From the IMG/VR virus record IMGVR_UViG_3300024187_000023, positions 1-25,769 of that record: a DNA stretch of 25,769 nt; one strand, given 5' to 3'. Source of the DNA: a virus. Lineage: Duplodnaviria; Caudoviricetes. Of the stretch, positions 1 through 7,185 are shown piece after piece (position 1 is the first letter of the stretch; every line of letters begins with the position of its first letter). The translations under genes and the position numbers were made by a program. A model generated the notes under the pieces. It made no database searches, was not told the origin of the DNA, and saw only the letters and a program-made list of their open reading frames with translations.

Positions 1-23
1 AACCAATCAAGGATAGCGCAGCC

Positions 24-209
24 ATGACGCCGTGCGCGATCCCGGATTGTCCCGCGCTCGCGCTGTCCACGGGTCGCTGGTGCGCCGCACATGCTGCGAT
101 GTCTGAGCTTGAGCGCACGCACGCGAGAATTACGGCAGAAGCGAAACAGCAGGGGCCGAACCTGCGGCCTATCACCGATCGCATCGTCTACGAGCGGGAG
201 AAACCATGA
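24..209 (+). CDS. Small Cys/His zinc-finger phage protein
   Basis: AAGGA upstream; CAIPDC...WCAAH motif; ATGA overlap with next gene. Confidence 0.65.
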   Translation: MTPCAIPDCPALALSTGRWCAAHAAMSELERTHARITAEAKQQGPNLRPITDRIVYEREKP

Positions 210-412
210 CAGACGAATCCTGGCGCCGCCTGCAAGTCGTGCGCGTCTGCGCGCACGGCCATCCCGCGGTCACGTATCTCGCGCGGCGCGATCAGCCCGA
301 GCCGCTGTGCCCGAGCTGCGCCGTGCGGGACTCCCGAGGCCGCCTCATCGCGCCGCCGCAGACGGAGCCGCCCGCGCGGCCGGATGGGCCGTGGAACAGT
401 AACGGGAAATGA
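206..412 (+). CDS. Small zinc-ribbon phage protein
   Basis: GGGAG upstream; CAHGH...CPSC; ATGA overlaps at both ends. Confidence 0.65.
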   Translation: MTDESWRRLQVVRVCAHGHPAVTYLARRDQPEPLCPSCAVRDSRGRLIAPPQTEPPARPDGPWNSNGK

Positions 413-1260
413 AGCCGTTGGCGATCGACATCTTTTGCGGTCTCGGTGGCTGGACCGAAGGTCTACTCGCAGAAGGCTACCGCGTCGTCGGCTTCGACAT
501 CGAACGCCATGTCTACGGCGAGGCGCGCTATCCCGCGCAGCTTGTCCTACAGGACGCGCTCACGATTCACGGCGCGCAGTTCAAGGATGCCGCGCTCATC
601 GTTGCGAGTCCCCCGTGTCAGGAGTTCTCCTACATGGCGATGCCGTGGACGAAGGCAAAAGAGAAAGCGCGGCGGTTGCGCGAGGGCGAGGACGATCCGA
701 AGCGGCTGACCGCGCTGTTTGATGCGTGCTTTCGGATTCAGAGCGAAGCGTGCGAAGCGGCAGGGCGGCATGTGCCGCTCGTCGTGGAGAACGTGCGCGG
801 GGCGCAGCCATGGGTCGGGCGGGCGCGGTGGCACTTCGGCAGCTTCTACTTGTGGGGGGATGTGCCGGCGTTGATGCCAATGACGAAGGCGCGCGCGAAG
901 GTGCCGAGCGAGCCTATATGCGATTGCGGCCATCCAGAAGGTGCGCACGAGACCGTCTACTCGGCGATCAATCCAGACCAGCCGTGCAATCTGTGCTCGT
1001 GTATCAATCCGGTGTGGCTGCCTGCCAGCCGAAGGACCGATGTCGGCAACGGCGTGCGGTTCACGACGCGCGATTGCGGCGTGGAATCCAGCGGCATTAA
1101 ACAAGGCGGCGACTGGTTCAACGACACCGAGCCGTCCATCTCACGGAAAACAGGCAGCAAGAGCACCGCCCGCAAAGCCGCCTCCGCGCACATCGCGAAA
1201 ATACCGCTCGTGCTCGCGCAACACATCGCCCGCGTCTATTACCCACACGAAAGGATCTGA
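409..1260 (+). CDS. Orphan C5-cytosine DNA methyltransferase
   Basis: Motif I (IDIFCGLGG), motif IV (ASPPCQEFS), motif VI (VVENV); no cognate restriction gene adjacent. Confidence 0.9.
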   Translation: MKPLAIDIFCGLGGWTEGLLAEGYRVVGFDIERHVYGEARYPAQLVLQDALTIHGAQFKDAALIVASPPCQEFSYMAMPWTKAKEKARRLREGEDDPKRLTALFDACFRIQSEACEAAGRHVPLVVENVRGAQPWVGRARWHFGSFYLWGDVPALMPMTKARAKVPSEPICDCGHPEGAHETVYSAINPDQPCNLCSCINPVWLPASRRTDVGNGVRFTTRDCGVESSGIKQGGDWFNDTEPSISRKTGSKSTARKAASAHIAKIPLVLAQHIARVYYPHERI

Positions 1261-1261
1261 C

Positions 1262-1567
1262 ATGCCGATCATCCTCTGCTGCGAAGGCCCGCGCTGCAAC
1301 GCCGGCCTTGACGCCTCGACCCAGGAACGCGATCTCATCGCCGCCCTGCCCGGCCAGACGCTCGAACTGCGCGCCGAAGCCGAACGCTACGCCCGCGCGA
1401 AAGTCACCGCCACGCTCGCGCGCACGCCGCATACCGAGCTGAATCGGCAGCGCGGCGGCCGGCTGCTGTTCCGTTGCGATACCTGCGGACACGAGCGCGT
1501 CTACGGCGGATCGTATTGGGCGCCCTACGTCGGCGAGGGGTCGGAACGGTCGCGGTATTTTCGATGA
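1262..1567 (+). CDS. Hypothetical zinc-ribbon protein
   Basis: AAAGGA then ATG at 1262 (trimmed from track ORF 941..1567); CEGPRC and FRCDTCGHERVYG. Confidence 0.7.
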   Translation: MPIILCCEGPRCNAGLDASTQERDLIAALPGQTLELRAEAERYARAKVTATLARTPHTELNRQRGGRLLFRCDTCGHERVYGGSYWAPYVGEGSERSRYFR

Positions 1568-2091
1568 GTCTCATCTACGCGATCGACCCCGGCACGATTC
1601 AATCCGCGCTCGTTGTCCTGGGAACGCAATCTATCGGCCCGCCGATGGTGCTCGAGCACGTCACGGCGCTCAACGGCGCGATTCTGCCGCGCCTCGAGAC
1701 CGCGCCATTCGGCTCCACGCTCGTCATCGAGCAGATCGAAGCGATGGGCATGGCGGTCGGACACGAGACTTTTGAGACGGTGTTTTGGTCCGGCCGCTTC
1801 TACGAGGCGTGGCCGAATCACCAACGGTATCGACTCCCGCGCCGGCCCATCAAGCTCCACCTGTGCGGCAGCATGCAGGCGAAGGACGCGAACATCCGGC
1901 GCGCGCTCATGGACCGCTACGGGGGAGACAGCGCCATCGGCACGACGAAAGCGCGAGGGCCGCTCTACGGGTTGAAGGGGCACGAATTCGCAGCTTTGGC
2001 TTGCGGTGTCGCGTGGATCGACCAGCACCCACAAGCGGCTGCGCTTACGGAAAGTAAGGGCGCGATACAGACGGGATTGCGCGAGGCGTGA
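1564..2091 (+). CDS. RuvC-like Holliday junction resolvase (phage type)
   Basis: N-terminal IYAIDPG, VIEQ acidic strand, KDANIRRAL helix and C-terminal ALA helix; ATGA overlap start at 1564. Confidence 0.8.
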   Translation: MSLIYAIDPGTIQSALVVLGTQSIGPPMVLEHVTALNGAILPRLETAPFGSTLVIEQIEAMGMAVGHETFETVFWSGRFYEAWPNHQRYRLPRRPIKLHLCGSMQAKDANIRRALMDRYGGDSAIGTTKARGPLYGLKGHEFAALACGVAWIDQHPQAAALTESKGAIQTGLREA

Positions 2092-2123
2092 CGCGGGCGT
2101 AAACTGCGGGCTACGTGTAGAAT
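2077..2123 (+). promoter_or_regulatory. Putative sigma70-type promoter(s) for the RNA leader/replication operon
   Basis: TTGCGC (2077-2082), 17 bp, TAAACT (2100-2105); second -10-like TAGAAT at 2118-2123. Confidence 0.5.
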
Positions 2124-2132
2124 AACCCCCAA

Positions 2133-2212
2133 GCCGAGAGGGACCTCATGAATCCCGTTCGAGCGTGTTGCCTAGTCCCAACACGCTCGACTCGGCGCTC
2201 TCTGACTAGGAG
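2133..2212 (+). ncRNA. Structured RNA leader: three-way junction with loop-RBS pairing (c4/CI antisense-like or cis pseudoknot)
   Basis: GCCGAG 2133-2138/CTCGGC 2191-2196; GGGA 2140-2143/TCCC 2153-2156; perfect 12-bp TCGAGCGTGTTG 2159-2170/CAACACGCTCGA 2179-2190; loop CCTAGTC 2171-2177 complementary to GACTAGG 2204-2210. Confidence 0.65.
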
Positions 2213-2219
2213 TTGAGCC

Positions 2220-2453
2220 GTGCCTGTTCTTGACGCACACGACCCCGTTATCGTCCTCGCTGATCAAATCCTCGCTCTCTTGCCCGGACATGCGAATGGC
2301 ACCGCCGTCGCCGCGTTAGCCGCGTGCTTGGGCCTTGCCTTGGATCGCGCGGCCGAGCGTGGCGCCCAACCACCCGCAGGACGCGCGTTGCGATATGAAC
2401 TCCAACAGCTCGCCGCGCAAATTATCGCGCAGCGTCCCGTGCGTGAGTCATGA
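2220..2453 (+). CDS. Hypothetical helical protein, first gene of the replication operon
   Basis: AGGAG 2208-2212 then GTG start; ATGA overlap with the helicase gene. Confidence 0.65.
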   Translation: MPVLDAHDPVIVLADQILALLPGHANGTAVAALAACLGLALDRAAERGAQPPAGRALRYELQQLAAQIIAQRPVRES

Positions 2454-3679
2454 GCGCACCCGACCCCAACGCCAAATTCCGCACGGCGGTGACGCCGCAC
2501 AACGCCGTCGCCGCGTGGGGACTGCAATGCAACGACAAGCACCAGCCACTCTCCACGCTCGCGAACATCGTCACGGTGCTGCAAAAAGATCCGCTCTACG
2601 GCCCCGATCGTCTGTATTACGACGAGTTCAAAGACCGCGTGCTCGTCACCAACAGCGAGCAGCGCGAAATGCGCGGAGAAGACGTCACGCGCATTCGCCA
2701 TTATCTGCAAGAGAGCATCGGCCTCACGCGCGCGACCAAGGCCGACGTGAAAGACGCGATCGACCTCATCGCGTGGCAGCGGCGCCGGCACTGCGTCCAC
2801 GACATGCTGGCGTCCTACGTCTGGGACGACGAACCGCGGATGGACCGCTGGTTGATTGACTATCTCGGCGCCGTGCCGTCCGATGCGCAGCCCCTTGATT
2901 ACCTGCTCGCGGCCGGCCGCAATACGCTCCTCTCGCTCGTGGCGCGCGTGGCGCAGCCGGGGTGCCAAGTGGACACCATGCTCGTCCTGGAAGGGCCGCA
3001 GGGCGTCGGCAAGACCACCGCCCTGCGCATTCTCGGCGGGGACTACTACCGCGTCGCGCTCGAGTCCATGACGCAGAAGGATTTTCTGCAAGCGCTCCGC
3101 GGCGCGTGGCTGATTGAAATCGCCGAGTTGTCGTCCACGACCAAGGCCGACGTCGATCGCATCAAGGTCATCGTGAGCACGCCGAGCGATCCCTATCGCC
3201 CGACCTACGGCGCGTTCACGCTTACGTTCCCCCGCCAGTGTATTTTTATCGGCACGACCAACCGCGACGATTACCTGCTCGACGAGACGGGCGGACGCCG
3301 TTTCTATCCGGTGCGTGTCGGCACCATCAACACCGCCGCACTTCTTGCCGATCGCGCGCAGCTCCTCGCCGAGGCGCATGTCCGCATGTCCAACGGGGAA
3401 CCGTGGCATCTGATGCCGGCGACGACCGGCCCTGTTCAGGCGCATCGGCATGTGCTCGACGCCTGGACGAACACCGTGCTCGATTACCTCATCGGCAAGC
3501 CGGATGTTACCATTGCCGAGGTGCTGAAAGAGGCGCTGAAGTTCCACGAGTCCGCCATCACCGACCGCGAATCCAAGCGCGTCGGGCGCATTCTCCGGTC
3601 GGCTGGCTGGGAGCGTCGGACCATCCGTAGAATGGGCCGAGCCGTGCAAGGATATACGACAGAGATAGACATTGACTGA
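2450..3679 (+). CDS. VapE/VirE-like SF3 helicase (phage replication ATPase)
   Basis: PGCQVDTMLVLEGPQGVGKTT (Walker A), WLIEIAE (Walker B), YRPTYG, FIGTTN, YLLDETGGRRF; C-terminal winged-helix-like segment. Confidence 0.92.
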   Translation: MSAPDPNAKFRTAVTPHNAVAAWGLQCNDKHQPLSTLANIVTVLQKDPLYGPDRLYYDEFKDRVLVTNSEQREMRGEDVTRIRHYLQESIGLTRATKADVKDAIDLIAWQRRRHCVHDMLASYVWDDEPRMDRWLIDYLGAVPSDAQPLDYLLAAGRNTLLSLVARVAQPGCQVDTMLVLEGPQGVGKTTALRILGGDYYRVALESMTQKDFLQALRGAWLIEIAELSSTTKADVDRIKVIVSTPSDPYRPTYGAFTLTFPRQCIFIGTTNRDDYLLDETGGRRFYPVRVGTINTAALLADRAQLLAEAHVRMSNGEPWHLMPATTGPVQAHRHVLDAWTNTVLDYLIGKPDVTIAEVLKEALKFHESAITDRESKRVGRILRSAGWERRTIRRMGRAVQGYTTEIDID

Positions 3680-3697
3680 CTTTAACGGACATTTGTC

Positions 3698-3967
3698 CGA
3701 TTACATTTCGCTGCGTTCGATTACATCGATTACGTGTAAGTTGTTGATTCTTATGGTATGTAATCTATGTAATCTATGTAATCTGTATATGTATACCTGT
3801 ATGTGCGCACGCACACGTATAAGTTTCAGCGTGGTGCGATTACGCGATTACATCGATTACAAATGGAGTAAGTTGCGCTCTGTGTGGTGTTTGCGGCGAT
3901 TTAGCGATCGATTACATTCGCTCAAAAGACCGATTACGGCGCTTTTTGCGAGGTTGGACCGATTACA
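3698..3967. repeat. Iteron array, probable replication origin
   Basis: Nine forward CGATTAC copies (3698, 3718, 3727, 3837, 3845, 3854, 3909, 3931, 3960) and three tandem inverted ATGTAATCT copies (3758-3784) in an AT-rich stretch directly after the helicase gene. Confidence 0.85.
3737..3749 (-). promoter_or_regulatory. IHF-consensus binding site in the origin
   Basis: Minus strand reads AATCAACAACTTA, matching WATCAANNNNTTR. Confidence 0.6.
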
Positions 3968-3982
3968 TTTCAGGAGGCGCAC

Positions 3983-4138
3983 ATGGATGAGCTAGTCGGG
4001 CGGTTGCGGGCGTGGGCGAGCGACCTCACGCGCGAAGCTGCGTGCGGCGGCGTATGGCAGGAGAGCATTGACGCGAACCACGCGGACGCGCGCGTTCCGA
4101 GAGTGGCACGCGTGGCACATCCAACTGCACTACGCTGA
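3983..4138 (+). CDS. Possible small hypothetical protein (51 aa)
   Basis: AGGAGG 3972-3977 then ATG; MDELVGRLRAWASDL...; below ORF-track cutoff; an overlapping alternative frame is also open. Confidence 0.4.
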   Translation: MDELVGRLRAWASDLTREAACGGVWQESIDANHADARVPRVARVAHPTALR

Positions 4139-4207
4139 CGTGAACGGGCGTCTCCAGGCGTACGTCATAGCCGGCGCCTTGCGCCCCGGTGTAGACTGAG
4201 CAGCGAC

Positions 4208-4372
4208 ATGGCTGACGCTTACGACGTGGAGCTGGACGAGACGTGCTCGCATTGCGGGTGGTCGGTGGCGTCTCATCGCGGCCCAGGATGTCCATGTCAC
4301 GTCTGCGGGCAATACGGCCATCGGTGGGTGGATTGCGTCCTTGTGCGTGAAGATACGCCGAAGCAGCCATGA
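4208..4372 (+). CDS. CCHC zinc-knuckle microprotein (54 aa)
   Basis: Hand translation MADAYDVELDETCSHCGWSVASHRGPGCPCHVCGQYGHRWVDCVLVREDTPKQP; ATGA overlap with next gene. Confidence 0.65.
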   Translation: MADAYDVELDETCSHCGWSVASHRGPGCPCHVCGQYGHRWVDCVLVREDTPKQP

Positions 4373-4584
4373 ATCACGAATGCCCACGGTGCGTGTTCTA
4401 CGCCAAGGGATATATCCATCCCGATTACGTTTGCCCCAATGACGGCGAACGCCTCATTCTTCTCGTCCGCCCACTGTGGCGCCGCGTTGTTCGATGGCCT
4501 ATGATGGTGCGTCGTTACTGGCACATTCCTGGCGTGTCGCTTGTGTGGAGCGTTCGGCTCGCCACCAGGACACTCTGCCCATGA
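4369..4584 (+). CDS. Small zinc-ribbon protein with basic/Trp-rich tail
   Basis: CPRC...CPND; ATGA overlaps at both ends. Confidence 0.6.
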   Translation: MNHECPRCVFYAKGYIHPDYVCPNDGERLILLVRPLWRRVVRWPMMVRRYWHIPGVSLVWSVRLATRTLCP

Positions 4585-5021
4585 AGCCCTGGCCCTGCCC
4601 GCGCTGCCAGTCCGAGCAGACGCACGACACGCACTGCCAGAACTGCGACCAGCCGCGCTTCCAGTGGTTCGAGGAGCAAATCTGCCGGCACATCCTCGAG
4701 CATATCGAGGACGGTATCAGCGAGCCGCTGGAGATGTTCACGGCGCTGAAGGACCGCGCGTGCTACGCGTCCTGGCCGGGCAGTGTGGTCCAGGTCGCGC
4801 GCTACATGCGGCTGCTGACGAAGGACACGAAGCTGCTCGCCGGCCAGATTGCCGACGCGCACGCCGCGCGCATGATGCTCGACGTGGTGCATCATGGCGA
4901 CACGAAGGACAAGATCGCGATCCTGAAGGGCCGCCAGGTGCTCGGCGACACGATCAAGCACGACATTCAAGGCACAACGGTCGTCAAGCACGTCTACGAG
5001 ACGGAGCCGCCGAAGTCGTGA
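4581..5021 (+). CDS. terS: Putative terminase small subunit with N-terminal zinc ribbon
   Basis: Immediately upstream of TerL with GTGA overlap; helical core and C-terminal GDTIKHDIQG beta-strand tail; WPCPRC...HCQNC at N-terminus; start trimmed to ATG 4581. Confidence 0.55.
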   Translation: MKPWPCPRCQSEQTHDTHCQNCDQPRFQWFEEQICRHILEHIEDGISEPLEMFTALKDRACYASWPGSVVQVARYMRLLTKDTKLLAGQIADAHAARMMLDVVHHGDTKDKIAILKGRQVLGDTIKHDIQGTTVVKHVYETEPPKS

Positions 5022-6421
5022 CCGAGCGCGTCGTCGAAATGCGCTGGCGCAAACCAATAAGTGATTTCATGCGCGACGAGACGCCAGAAATCGACCTTGA
5101 GGGCGCGCTGTCCAGTGGTAAAACGACCGCGTGTTGTTGGAAGGAATTCAACGCGTATCAGGAGATGCCAGGGATTCATGGCTGGATCGGTCGCTACGGC
5201 GACGGCGAGACACAAACGAAGGTCCGCCCAGCGTTTGAGCAGGTCTGTCAAGAGGCAGGGTGTATTCCACGTTGGAACGCGAAAGAACTCGCGTATGAAT
5301 TCCCAAATGGTTCGAAAGCGTTCAGCTACGGACTCAAGTCGCCTGATGCGCTCTCGCGCTACTCAAAGATGCGCGGCATGGGCGTGGCTCGCATCTACAA
5401 CGACCAGACGGAAGAACTGCCGGAGGACTTCAGTCTTGAGCTGCGCTTGCGCCTACGGCAACCGGGTTTTCCTCACCAGTTAATTTTTAGTCCCAACCCG
5501 CCTAACGTGACGCACTGGTTGGCGAAGCAGTTTCCCTCGAACAATAGCATCCCAAATCGCCGCTACTACGCAGTCAGTATCCACGATAACGCGCACAACC
5601 TACCCGCGGCGCTGTTGCAGGCGGCACTCCAGTCGTTTCCGCCGGATCATGCGAAGCATCGCAGTTCCATTCTCGGGCTGCGCGGCATGAACGTCACGGG
5701 CGAGCCGGTTTACAAGGGCGCGTTCGTGCGGGCGCTGCACGAGGTGAAGCTCGCGTATGACCCGCGCCTGCCGCTGGAGATGGGCCTCGACTTCGGGAAG
5801 CATCATCCGTGCGCGATCTTCCGGCAGGTGTCGCCGCTCGGGCAGGTCCGCTATCTCGGCGGCATTCTCGGCCAGTCGCTCTACTTGGATGACTTCCTCG
5901 ACCTCGTGCTGCGCTATCGCGCGCAGTGGTTCCCTGATCCGGTCGCGCTGAAAGAGTGCTGCGACCCGGCGGGCGCGTCGAATCCCATCGGCGTGGACAT
6001 GGGGCAGACGCTGCGATCGAAGGGCATCCGCGCCGTGTATCAGCAGGACAGCAACAGCCCGGCGATGCGCGTGGCCGCAGTGGAACGGATCGCGGCGCAA
6101 ATGCGACGGCGCGCGGCGGATCGGCAGGAGTCCTTCGCCATTAACAGCGATCCGGAGCGGTGGCTCACGATTTCCGAGTCGGCGACGACGCTGGACCTGT
6201 TCCTGGCGGATGGCTTCGAGGCTGGCTATGTGTGGGACGAGCACATGGTGAGCGTCGGCAACAAGCAAGTCCGCAAGCCGAAGGCGGACGGGTGGTATGA
6301 GCACGGGCAAGTCTGCACGCAGTATCTGGAGCTGAACTTCGGGAGTGCGCCGCCGAAGCCGCGGGTCCAGCGGCCGTCGCGGATGCCGATGGTGACAGGC
6401 GAGCACGGGTGGATGGGGTAG
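5018..6421 (+). CDS. terL: Terminase large subunit
   Basis: Walker A GALSSGKT, Walker B-like IYNDQTEE, SPNP coupling motif, nuclease MGLDFG and CDPAG; GTG start at 5018 after GGAG. Confidence 0.93.
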   Translation: MTERVVEMRWRKPISDFMRDETPEIDLEGALSSGKTTACCWKEFNAYQEMPGIHGWIGRYGDGETQTKVRPAFEQVCQEAGCIPRWNAKELAYEFPNGSKAFSYGLKSPDALSRYSKMRGMGVARIYNDQTEELPEDFSLELRLRLRQPGFPHQLIFSPNPPNVTHWLAKQFPSNNSIPNRRYYAVSIHDNAHNLPAALLQAALQSFPPDHAKHRSSILGLRGMNVTGEPVYKGAFVRALHEVKLAYDPRLPLEMGLDFGKHHPCAIFRQVSPLGQVRYLGGILGQSLYLDDFLDLVLRYRAQWFPDPVALKECCDPAGASNPIGVDMGQTLRSKGIRAVYQQDSNSPAMRVAAVERIAAQMRRRAADRQESFAINSDPERWLTISESATTLDLFLADGFEAGYVWDEHMVSVGNKQVRKPKADGWYEHGQVCTQYLELNFGSAPPKPRVQRPSRMPMVTGEHGWMG

Positions 6422-6445
6422 GGTGTATACTGCTGGGCGATTCGC

Positions 6446-6847
6446 ATGAACCGACGCGCCTTTCTCGCCACGCTCGCGACGGCTGCCGCAGGTCTAGCAC
6501 TCGATCCGGAGCGGTTGCTGTGGGTGCCGGGCGCGAAGACGATCTTCATGCCGGCAGAGAAGCCGTCGCTGGTGTCGTCGTGTGCGCTCAAGCGCGGAGA
6601 CGTCATAACGCTCAGCGGCGTGTTCGCGGTTAATCCGATGACTGGCGAGGAGCAACCCTACACCCAGCAATTCGTCATCACATCTGACGTGTCATACGGA
6701 GACGTGCCGGTTTCTCTGCTTTGTCCGCGCCCGATCGATGCGGGTCCGTATCGCAACGTGAATCGATTCAGCGGTAGGCACGCCGTCCAACCGCTGTTCA
6801 CCGGCAAGGAAATCCCCATCGCGGTGGAGTGGAGCATGCCCGCATGA
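6446..6847 (+). CDS. Twin-arginine-leader protein with stand-alone coat I-domain homologue
   Basis: MNRRAFL leader; residues 47-83 share 21/37 ungapped identities with coat residues 246-282. Confidence 0.8.
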   Translation: MNRRAFLATLATAAAGLALDPERLLWVPGAKTIFMPAEKPSLVSSCALKRGDVITLSGVFAVNPMTGEEQPYTQQFVITSDVSYGDVPVSLLCPRPIDAGPYRNVNRFSGRHAVQPLFTGKEIPIAVEWSMPA

Positions 6848-7182
6848 GTGAAGCCTCCGAGCGCATCAAACGCCGCGATCTTCGCCGCGCGGTCGGCGTG
6901 GAAGCGGTCAGCGAAATTGAACAGCAGGGCGTGGCGCTCGCGCATCACGCGTTCGTGCTGAACCAGCACACGCAGCAGTTGCACGAGGTGCAGAAGCGGA
7001 TCGATGCGACCTCGGAGTGGGCCGCGCGCACGCATCCCGCAGGCACGCTCGTGCCGATTGTCGTCTACGACGTCCAGACAGACACGCACGGGTTTCACGA
7101 CGCACAAGCGAGGCAGGCTGTGCGCCTCGCCATCGGGGCGTCCTTCCTAGCCCGTCTCCGCTGGCTGTTCCTCGGACGCTGA
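6844..7182 (+). CDS. Hypothetical coiled-coil protein with amphipathic C-terminus
   Basis: ATGA overlap start at 6844; ends SFLARLRWLFLGR. Confidence 0.7.
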   Translation: MSEASERIKRRDLRRAVGVEAVSEIEQQGVALAHHAFVLNQHTQQLHEVQKRIDATSEWAARTHPAGTLVPIVVYDVQTDTHGFHDAQARQAVRLAIGASFLARLRWLFLGR

Positions 7183-7185
7183 TCC

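Noticed and set aside
2133-2196. tRNA gene
   Set aside because: Only two internal arms, no properly placed T-loop or anticodon arm and no CCA end
3698-3967. Repeats considered as a CRISPR array
   Set aside because: Units are 7-9 bp, irregularly spaced and in both orientations, with no cas genes
3672-3995. 107-aa ORF with CNLCNLCNL repeat
   Set aside because: It is the translation of the 9-bp iterons; atypical composition and no clear RBS
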